Of a stretch of 64,000 bases of DNA, positions 27,281 to 36,454 are shown one piece after another; within the stretch, counting starts at the first letter, position 1, and every line of letters begins with the position of its first letter. The notes below the pieces were generated by a model. That model was not told the origin of the DNA, searched no databases, and saw only the letters and a program-made list of their open reading frames with translations. Source of the DNA: Schizochytrium sp. TIO01. Lineage: Eukaryota; Protista; Bigyra: Labyrinthulomycetes. The stretch spans positions 5,996,761-6,060,760 of the forward strand of contig SMSO01000031.1 in the NCBI GenBank assembly GCA_004764695.1. The letters run 5' to 3'. Position numbers and translations under genes: made by a program.

Positions 27281-28692
27281 GGCAGCAGCAATGAGACAGC
27301 CGGATTTCACTGCGAGGTCTTGAAGGAGAAACACAAACGTTATGTGGTTTGCTTAATCTTTCGTCTCCCGTGCTCGCTCGCTTATTTATTTATTTCTTTA
27401 AATTAAGGACCTTTCGGTGAAGGAGGTCGAGACAAAGCAACAAAGCAAGTAGTCTCTGCTCTTCTTGTGCGGTTGGATAGATATTGGGAGTGACAATTGC
27501 TACGGCTCCGTTTCGCCGACCTGTTTACGAGTGATGGCCGACGATTGAGAAATTGAATATGACCCAAGAAAACAACAACGAACCTCCCTATGTCTTCAGC
27601 AGAAAAATGACACGATCGACTTTAAAGGGTGATCAAGAAAAAGATGCACCGAGGAGCAAGCGAGCTGGAGTTTTCGATGAAGATTTGGTGTTGTTGGATG
27701 ACATGATGCATCTGCGGGTTTGTAAGTCACCTCACGTGAAGTGCGATTCTTCGTTGATTTTGTTATGATCAAGTGTTCATTGCTTAGTGAGAGAAAGAGC
27801 TTTGTGTTATGTTTAGAGTAAAGTCTGAACGAGAAAAACAACGGAAAAGGAAACCATGCAATCGAGATTCCTGCCATAGACATGATGGATTGCACTCGTC
27901 CGTCTGTTGAACGATAGGATGCGCACCTCTGAGGCTCGGGGAATCATTGTTGAGTTCTTAAGCTCTGCTCTCATTCTGCTTACAAAAATGAAAAGAAAAA
28001 AATCTAAGTTGTGCTTTAAAAAAAGAAAAAAGAAAGAAAAAAAGAACTCTTTTCAATCCTGAGGACTATTCGTTCCACTTCGAACACTCAAAGGCACTTC
28101 GAATATTCATGAAAGCGCGTAGGAGTAAACAAGAACTATGCGGCATGGCAAAGAATTGGTTCCCTGATAACCTTTCTGCAACACCTCTACAGCCTGTCTT
28201 TGTTCAGGAACATGTCTTTATTTCGAGCTCAAAACTTTTGGTATTGAGTTTCAAGTAGACTTAGTGTCCGCAACAAGTTCTACCTACGCCTCTAACTAAA
28301 GAATTCAAAGAATTCAAAGAATTCAAAGAATTGACGTAAAAGAAGAAGAAGAAGAAACTCTAAAGATGTACAGTGTATCATATTTAGACTAGAATTCATT
28401 GTTGGCAATCTCAAATATAAAGCTTGCCGCTCTGCGAACCAGCTGCCATCGTGCCCATCTTCAAGCTCATTCGAGCCACCGCCCGCTGCTGCTTCATCTC
28501 CACTCCATCGCATTTGATGCAACATCCACCAGAACACCCCAACCCTCAGATCTCTCGAATCATGAGTGAAGAGGACCATTGCAAATGCTAATTGAAACGT
28601 CATTGAAAGACTTCGAGAAATAGTGCACAATAAAAAGTAGCAAAAATCTATTTTCACAACGCCAAATCTTCAAGTCTCAACTATAGAAGGGA

Positions 28693-28723
28693 GAAGAAGA
28701 AGAAGAAGAAGAAGAAGAAGAAG
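28693..28723. repeat. (GAA)n microsatellite upstream of NAP1
   Basis: Direct trinucleotide run. Confidence 0.9.
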
Positions 28724-28837
28724 ATCACAACGAAGGAAAGGTCGTCATATACACCTGTTCTAAGCGCCTGGGAAGTTACGCAGCGATAAAACCAGCAGCA
28801 GCTTCAGCAGCGACTAGTGCACCAAACCTTGGGGTCG

Positions 28838-28984
28838 ATGAATGTCAGTGCCTCGGGCGAAGTGGCGCCCACATCCCCACCAGCGCCGCCCCCTTCACGT
28901 GCCTCAAGGGCCTCCTCAATTGGAGCAGCGCCGCAAAAATTAGAGAGCGTAGCCGTGAGCAATATTGATCTTCACCACCAGCAA

Positions 28985-29016
<32 letters not shown>

Positions 29017-30708
29017 ACAACAACACGATCTGCAACAACAGCTGCAGCAGCAAAATCTTTTACAAAATCATGAACGACATAGTCACCAGCAGAACCAACC
29101 CAATGAGGCACTTGAAACACATCGTGGTGGCAATCTACAGCTAGCAAGCCTGATGCAGAGACTTCGACCGCATGCCAAAGGTCAGAAACTTGCACAAGCA
29201 CACGATGACACAGGCGAGACTACGAACGAGTCCACCAAGGTAAACTCGGAGACAGCTGAACAATTCACAGCTTCTGCTGCAAGTGCACTTCGTGCGAGCC
29301 CAAATCGAACGAATCCTGCTACTCCAGACAATACTCCATGCTACTTGAGCGATGACGCCAGCGAGAACCAGCAGAATGCTAGCGAACGTTCAGGAGTAAG
29401 ACCTAGCAAGCAAAGCATGTTATCTGCTGTTCAGGCTCGTCTGCGCGAATTGGAGGCGCAGAGGGATTTTGAAAAGAATAGTCACGGAGTCCATCATGAA
29501 GTTGACGAGGAGGAGTCAAGTCAGGGCGAGCAAGACATTGAGGAGGAAGAGCTGAATCGCGAAGAGAACGTCAATGGTGAAGACGGTCATAGTACCGCAG
29601 AAGACGAGGATGCATCTAGTTATGATTCTGTCAACCTTGATAAGCTTAATGAGCTACACGACTTGTATCTGATTGTTCAAGACGAGTATTTTGAAGCACG
29701 CAAAGCTTTGGAACGCGATTTTCGTGAGAAGTTTGCAGGGATTTTCCGTCGTCGGGCGGCAATAGTGAACGGGAGCGAAGACATGGAAGATGCCATTCCG
29801 GGCTTTTGGTATATCGCACTAAGTCACAATCGAATTGTGGCAGATCTCATTACTGAAAAAGATATCGAGGCTCTGGAGGCACTAGAGGATATTCGTTGCG
29901 TAGATGTACCACCTTCAAACGATCCTAACGCATCTCATTTTGGCTTTCGCCTTGAATTCCACTTTTCGGAAAATCGCTTTTTCAAGAACAAAGTCCTTCA
30001 TAAGACATATCGTGTGCCTAACTTTTTCTCAGACAACGCTCACCCAGTTTTAGAGTCTATTGAGGGATGCCTTGTGGTATGGAAAACGGAGGATGTTGAT
30101 CTTACGCGTGCACGGGTCAGCAATAAGTTTCTGGATGAAGAAAGTAATGATGATAGCTCATATTCTATGGGTGATGACAATCTCGCAGAGAGCTTTTTTA
30201 ACTTTTTTGTGCTCCATGGATGGAGAATGCACGAAGACTCTCTAATGAGTCTAGCGAACATGAGCAAGAAGAGCACCAGCTTCTGCTCGAACAAGTAGCT
30301 GCAGATTTTCGAACCGGATATGAAATTTATAGCAAAATTGTACCCGAAGCTCTTCGTTGGTTTACAGGAGAAGCAGCTGACGACGACGGTGACGAGGACG
30401 ACCAGGATGACGAGGGTGACGATGAAGAAGAGGATAGTGATGAGGATCGTGGCGGGGAAAGCGAGAGTGGAAATGAATCCGAAGGTGCAACTTCAGCTGC
30501 ATCCATTAATCACTCTAGAGGTAGGGCTAGTGGCACTTCAACTGAGAAGAAACAGCAGGGTTCAGTGGCTGTAGAGCCCAAATCCCCAACGGCAAGCTTT
30601 GACCACATGCAAGGATTAGCCAATGCGTTCCGAAAAGCTACGATTGGACATGATTCGCAGAATCAGCATGATGGTTTGAATCATGAACAGAACTGTAAGC
30701 AGCAGTAG
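28838..30708 (+). CDS. NAP1: Nucleosome assembly protein 1 family; frame change at ~30208
   Basis: RRAAIVNG, IPGFW, FRLEFHFSENRFFKNKVLHKTY and SFFNFF lie in the first frame. DFRTGYEI..KIVPEALRWFTGEA, the acidic tail and the NAP1-typical CKQQ end lie in the -1 frame. The break is at a T6 run (30203-30208). Confidence 0.9.
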
Positions 30709-31757
30709 TGTCCATTCATCTATTCCACTTACCTACTGAGGTTGCCAACCGTAAGGTTGTAGATTTCTCTTCTAGTATAGTTTGTTTGCTTGCAATCGTC
30801 CTGATACATAAGAAAACTTTATGCTGAATAGGCTCTCCTATGCACACATGTTTCTCTAGCTCTTCTAGAATGAAGGTTCATCCTAGAAATTGCTTCATTA
30901 TCTTTATGATAAGCTTGAAACAAAGCAGAAGCAAATTTGCATTTTGGCGAAACAATTTTTAACAGAATTCCATCTGTATCTGTATGGGGTGATTTGAAAA
31001 TCAATGAAGCAGATGCGAGAAGAACTGTGCCTATCAGTTGTTTTAGAGAGACGAATGAAAAACTAAATGGTATATTATTGTTTCTTTTAGAAAGGACGAA
31101 CAAACTAGGTTTGGATTCTAAAGTCGAGCACAGCATCTAAATAAATGTAGATTTTACTAATCATACCTTGATCTTTCTGTAGTCGTTTGCGGCCAATGAT
31201 TCCGTGCATTTTTGTACTACTCTCCTCCAGTCGTAAAGGTCGCGTTGGGCGTTCGAAGTATATATTTACCACTCATCAAGAGAGCATGGAGTTAGATATA
31301 GTCTCTAGCTCCTCCCCTTCGTTACTATTGCAACTAGATGTAGAAGACGAAGACTGGTACATCTACAGTGCACTCTCTCTCAAGGTCTCTTATTTTGGAG
31401 GCTTTACGTTTCTATCTTTAGGATAAATCCTCTTAATCGCAAAGAAACAAAGAAACAAGAGTTTCATATTGACATAGACTCAAAGTCATGTCGTTCTTGT
31501 GCTCAACATTGTCAGCTAAAGCAATAAGAACCACACATTTAGTGTATCCTGACATGAATTTCTTTTTAAACACAGGTTTTCAAAATGCTCGCAGTATTCT
31601 CGAGAAATGTTTGATGTAGTGTCCTATCGTGTCTTTCATAAACTCCATGAATTCAAGGAAGCGTACTATAGTTTTGGGGGGTATACGTTGAGGTTTCAAG
31701 AATATTGTTCACAAAATAGTCTATAATGATAAGGTACTATCCCTTTATGAATCTAAT

Positions 31758-32429
31758 TTACACATCCCATTTCACAGACGCACCTGCGACCTGCTCTAGA
31801 GCAGGCTTTAGCAAGTCTGCATCCTCCTCCGGCAGTTGCACCGTCAACAAGGCTAGCCCTCTTTGTTCATCATGACCTTGGTCCACCATTTCTGCATTCA
31901 CCACTTTCATGACTCCAAACACCTCGTGCATCCTCTCAAATGGCACTCTGATGGTGGCCATCTTGAGATTGCTTCCTCTATTTCCACTGCTACCTCCACT
32001 GTGACTTCCATTGCTGCTTATGCCTCCAAGCACATCGTTCTCGACAACGCTGCTGCTGTCCTCTCTGAACAGCTCTGTAACAGCCCCAAGAGCTGCTTCT
32101 CTGTAAGCGCGAATGAGTCCACCTTTGCCTAAGTTAGGGCCTTTCTTCCATCTGGCCACGACCACGACTGTGCCAACCCTCACAGCGTTTTCATTTGCGC
32201 GAATAGCCTCTACGATGGGTCTCCCCGCAGTGCCAGAGGGCTCTCCATCATCTGCAGTCCTTTCCTCAGCTCCCAGGGGGGCCACGAAGCCCCAACAGTG
32301 GTGCTGAGCGTTGATGTGACGCCTTCGGGAGGCTATTGATGCTACGAAAGCGCGGGCTTCCTCGGCGTGCGTGGAGACGGCGGCTTCGGCCAGGAAGAGC
32401 GATTTGCGGACCTCGTGGCGAAAGGCCAT
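31758..32429 (-). CDS. IMPACT/YigZ (UPF0029) family protein
   Basis: EVRKSLF, AQHHCWGF, DDGEPSGTAGRPI, LGKGGLIRAY and a C-terminal ferredoxin-like segment. An in-frame stop lies upstream of ATG 32429. Confidence 0.9.
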   Translation of the reverse strand: MAFRHEVRKSLFLAEAAVSTHAEEARAFVASIASRRRHINAQHHCWGFVAPLGAEERTADDGEPSGTAGRPIVEAIRANENAVRVGTVVVVARWKKGPNLGKGGLIRAYREAALGAVTELFREDSSSVVENDVLGGISSNGSHSGGSSGNRGSNLKMATIRVPFERMHEVFGVMKVVNAEMVDQGHDEQRGLALLTVQLPEEDADLLKPALEQVAGASVKWDV

Positions 32430-33698
32430 CCGGATCAAGGATGGATTGCAACCTCTAGCTCAAGCTGCGCAGCTGTCGCAGAGGAAGCCCGGCACTGGCG
32501 ATGCAAGGTCCTAGATAATACAAGGCCAACAGCAAGACAAAGGGAGAAGAGACGGGTTAGCTGGATGTCTGCAAGGGCTTTGCAACTTCAATTTGCAAAC
32601 ATTGTGATATTACATTTTCATTCAATCTGGTACTCCTAGGGGTTACTAGTTAGTGTAAAACATAAGAACGCTACCAAGTTGAAAATTGCAATTCTCGCGT
32701 CGCGAACAGTTTATGTGTGTTGCTGAAAAACGCAAATTGCAGCGTCTTAACCCAAATTTACATTGATAAAACTACTCTTTCAAAGGTTATACGTTGTACT
32801 GAAGCTTTATTATATGCTATTAATGCATGCCACGGAGAGCAATCGAGTCATTTATGGCAGCAGACAAAGTAGGTAAAAAAAAAGTTGCTTCGTTCCATAG
32901 GTAATTAACTTTGTAGTAATTTAGTAAACAATCGTTTCCTCGTAAGTGAAAATATTTCATTGACTCGTCTTAACATTCGGCGTAATTCAGGTTGCCGCAA
33001 TAGCTTTAGCCAACCTGCCTGAGCATATGTCAAGACCTTTCTTCAGGCAAAATAATGATGGTGAGCAGCCTTACTGAGAATGACCTTAACAATTAATCAA
33101 CGTCTAGGACTGCTTTCTTCTCTCTTAAAATTAAAATTTATGTTTAATTAGAAAAAGAAAAAGTGAACAGTAGTTGTGGAAGCGCGGGCAGAATGAATAT
33201 CTCCATGGAAAAACCGAATAAAATAGATGAATGAGCCTGGAAATGCTGTCGATAAGAGTTCAATCTAAAAATGTCAAGCTGGGGTAGACTTTCCGGCCTT
33301 GTCTCGCTGTACAAAATAGCTGAGCAATTGATGAATTTATCACACACATGTTCATACACCAGTTCCGGTCAACATTTTGCCACATCTGCTGTTGAACACT
33401 CTACCTTTCATTCATTCAATTTTAGCTTGCTAAGTTTGGAGCAAAGTCTGCCGCACAAACCTCACGCTCGTGCTACAATCAAGCTCTCTGTGCAGGTGCC
33501 AGCGCACGTCCACTTGCTCCGCCATTACCTGAGGGAGTGATCACCTTGGTAGTAAATATCTCCTTAGGCAACATCAGCATAGTTTAACCTCGGGACCACA
33601 AACTTTAGTTGAGCAAGCGGCACCTCCACGCTCCCGCGGAGCACTTGAACAGTTCCCGAGAGCTCGTTTATGCTCTGTTCCGATCTCTAATTATCAGT

Positions 33699-34646
33699 AT
33701 GTTGCGTGATCTCTTCGTCACGAGCGACTCGGACTCGGACTCCTCGAGTTCCGAGTCTGACTGCGAGTCCATTAGATCCTCCGACTCTAAGACATTGAAA
33801 TCAGCTCAATCCGAGTCGGCATCAGCATCGACATTGCCAAAGCCCAGGAAGCACAAGTCTTCTTCTGACAACTCTATGCTCTCTGCTGCCTCAACAGTGC
33901 AGGTTTCGCCTTCTCTGTCTCTGCGTCTTCGCGTCGCTGCAGATGACGCTCGAGTGAGCGCTGAGGCACGTCGTTGCCTGTTCGCAGGCCACATTTGGAG
34001 TGGATCCCGCTCCCTTGCGTCATTTTTGGCATCTCAAGAAAGCATCGTGCGCGGGAAGTCCGTTGTAGAGGTTGGATGCGGCGCTGCGTTGCCTGGGTTG
34101 GCCGCCGCAGCTCTTGGTGCTCGCGAGGTCGTGCTCTCGGACTACCCGAGCGAGGCACTACAGAAGGTGGTTGAGACAAATGTGAATGAGAACAAACGTA
34201 AAGGAAACCTCCCCCAGGAGGTTTCTGTGGAAGCCAGGGGCTTGGCATGGGGTGAAGAGGTACCGGAAGATCTTCAAGGAAGGTTCGATGTAGTCATTGC
34301 TTCGGAATGCATTTGGAACCATGCGCAGCATGAAGCCCTGCTTTTCACAATTCACGAGCTGCTTGTTAAACATGACCATAGTGCCGATGAACAAGATGAT
34401 CATAAGGTTGACCAAAATCTGTCCCAGGAACAGGACCAAAATCCGACAGAAGTTATTGTCACATTTGCTCACCACGTCAAAGGCTGCGAGGCAGAAGACC
34501 TTGCATTTTTCGATAAGGCAAGGAGCCTCTATGGCTTTGAGCATCAGCAAGTGGCTACCTTTATGGTGCCGCAGATGTGGTCGCCGGAAAAAACCACAGA
34601 GTTGTTTCTTGTACGCCTTTGGAGACCCGCCAAAAGGCATAGTTAA
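33699..34646 (+). CDS. Methyltransferase family 16 protein (EFM7/NNT1-like lysine methyltransferase)
   Basis: LFAGHIWSGS, VVEVGCGAALPG (SAM motif I), VLSDYP, LAWG, FDVVIASEC, VTFAHH and DLAFF. Confidence 0.9.
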   Translation: MLRDLFVTSDSDSDSSSSESDCESIRSSDSKTLKSAQSESASASTLPKPRKHKSSSDNSMLSAASTVQVSPSLSLRLRVAADDARVSAEARRCLFAGHIWSGSRSLASFLASQESIVRGKSVVEVGCGAALPGLAAAALGAREVVLSDYPSEALQKVVETNVNENKRKGNLPQEVSVEARGLAWGEEVPEDLQGRFDVVIASECIWNHAQHEALLFTIHELLVKHDHSADEQDDHKVDQNLSQEQDQNPTEVIVTFAHHVKGCEAEDLAFFDKARSLYGFEHQQVATFMVPQMWSPEKTTELFLVRLWRPAKRHS

Positions 34647-35129
34647 GTGACGCTCAACGTTTTCCCTGAGGCTTTAAAACTCGTCATTTGCGTGGCCAGT
34701 TTTCATTACCTTATAAAAACAAATTGCAAATCGAACACCCCCTCCCCTGAGCCCGGCCCGATCAGCAAGTCTCCACTCAACTACATATTGTGACCAAGCG
34801 GAATCGCCAAGCAACCAACATCAGTCATCCGAGTGCCTTGTAATACCCGCTCATGTATGTGCCCGGTCAGTCAGGCGAGCCACACAACTCACTCCCTCAC
34901 TCCCTCACCCCTTCAACTTCTTCCCGCTCCTCGTATGTACCTACTACTCCTTCAAACATAAACTCATAAACGCAACATTCTAAAAACCCTCCACCGCAAC
35001 GACCTTTTCCGTGTACCCACCACACTCGCTCGCAGCGGGTCTCCTCCGCATCAAACGAATTCCTCTACAGACCAACAGAGGCAAAGCGAAGGTGCAAAAA
35101 GCAGGAGGGAAAAAAATTAACACGTGGGC

Positions 35130-35140
35130 GGGCTCGAACC
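35130..35140 (-). promoter_or_regulatory. RNA polymerase III B-box (GGTTCGAGCCC)
   Basis: Perfect match to GGTTCGANNCC. It is flanked by an 8-bp inverted repeat (35123-35130/35151-35158), followed by T7 (35116-35110), and is not part of a complete tRNA cloverleaf. Confidence 0.65.
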
Positions 35141-35269
35141 TGCGTCCTCGCGCCCACGGCAGCCAGCCGCCCTGCCTGCCTGCTGCCTGCCCGCCGCCGC
35201 CGCGAGCCCGGCGAGGCAGCGCTGCGCGCGCGGCGGCAGGCGCAGCGCGGGCAAAAAGGAGGGGAGGAG

Positions 35270-35413
35270 AAAACCCTTGAGGGTGTGAAAGATTGGAGCT
35301 GCCCTTGCGAAGCAGAGGAGCGGCCCACACAGCGATTGATCGTTGTTTTCGATCAGCAATACACTTGACTCGGTAGAAACCTCAGTGTCGAAGTATTGCC
35401 GCTGAGGAAGAAC
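35270..35413 (-). ncRNA. U4: U4 spliceosomal snRNA (divergent)
   Basis: Minus strand reads GUUCUUCCUCAGCGGCAAUACUUCGACACUGAGGUUUCUACCGAGUCAAGUGUAUUGCUGAUCGAAAAC. This gives the stem II arm CAGCGGC, a 5' stem-loop kink-turn (GAC-ACU-GA-GGU/ACC-GA-GUC), the stem I arm UGCUGAUC and the U4 hallmark GAAAAC. A central stem-loop, an AAUCUUUC Sm-position element and a terminal hairpin ACCCUCAAGGGU follow. Length is ~144 nt. Confidence 0.88.
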
Positions 35414-35435
35414 AACTTGAGTGAGCCCCGCTCCC

Positions 35436-35442
35436 TTATAAA
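35436..35442 (-). promoter_or_regulatory. TATA box of the U4-like gene
   Basis: TTTATAA at -29 to -23 from the inferred +1 G (35413), in otherwise GC-rich sequence. Confidence 0.7.
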
Positions 35443-36454
35443 GCTCCGGCGCGCGCGGCGGAACTTGGGCGGATCTAGAGGGGAACGGGAGAGGAGCTCA
35501 GGTGGAACTCTTGCGGAACCAGCGCTGGCGGGTTAGGTGGTTCTGTGGGTAAAGCTGGAGCCCAAGGGGCGCTGGAGATGGACGTCGTGGCTGAGGATAT
35601 GCTGCGGCTGAGGTCGCGAAAGACGGAGGGAAGTGGGCACGAGGCAAGAGCATCTGCATCGTGGTTGCGTGCTTTTGATTGATTCCAGGGTTGTGGAGTG
35701 AGGGAGAGCCTTTGGCCATCCTGCGTGGAAACTCAGAAACGAACAGCGACCATTTCCGAACACAGAGGGCAATCATGACTGACCTATGTCGTTCATTGTC
35801 AAGCGCCATTTCACCGGAAACGTGATGGTATGGACCGAAACGAATATCTTTGTTGTTGAGGACAGTTTGAAGAAGAAAACACACGATTGTCTGTGTTGGT
35901 TTTGCACGCCTTTCCACGAATCCTGGAACTTTTTTCACCTTTTGAAAAGTGACTTTTGGGATGAAGTGCAGTACACATGAACTGAAAGAATTCCTCTTCT
36001 TCTTTCGGCAACATGCCAAGGTATCGTCAGGGAACACAACGTCAACTTGCTTTTGATGGCACCTTCTTTTTTCGAAGCTGCTAACAACGATATGCTTTGT
36101 ATCAAGACGAGGTAGGTTTTTTTCATCTTCAGAAAGAGTTTTTGTTGTTGGTGGTGGTATTGTTATTTTTTCATTAATTTATTAATTTTTATTTTAAAAT
36201 TAAATCAAATTAATTTTAATTATTAAAAATTAAATTTAAAATATGTTTATGTTTATACTAGGCAGGTAGTAGAATTGAGTAGTAGTATTAGCGATGTTTG
36301 TCGAGTAGGTAAGTTAGCGAACTTGGATACCCGAGGCTACGAGTCTACTCTGCGGGTTGGCGGCATACACCTACTGCCGCCGCTGCCTGAGGCGGCGGGC
36401 TGCGGACCACCAAGGCAGCAACGAGGAAAACAACCCCCCCATTTGCTAGCCGCA

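Noticed and set aside
5986-30708. Functional cluster of three CaaX proteins
   Set aside because: The functions are unrelated and the genes are widely spaced; probably coincidence.
35110-35172. tRNA gene
   Set aside because: A B-box is present, but there is no anticodon arm and the T-stem pairs poorly.
35385-35410. Vault RNA (CUCAGCGG..UACUUCGACA resembles the human vault RNA 5' region)
   Set aside because: The match is short. The kink-turn, both U6-pairing arms, GAAAAC and the length are better explained by U4.
35270-35413. U4atac (minor spliceosome)
   Set aside because: UGAGGUUU..CCGAG, GAAAAC and the terminal hairpin are major-U4 features, and pairing to canonical U6 is better than to recalled U6atac. 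Not formally excluded without a covariance-model search.
35498-36126. Overlapping short ORFs as a transposase remnant
   Set aside because: No transposase motif, terminal repeats or target-site duplication recognised.
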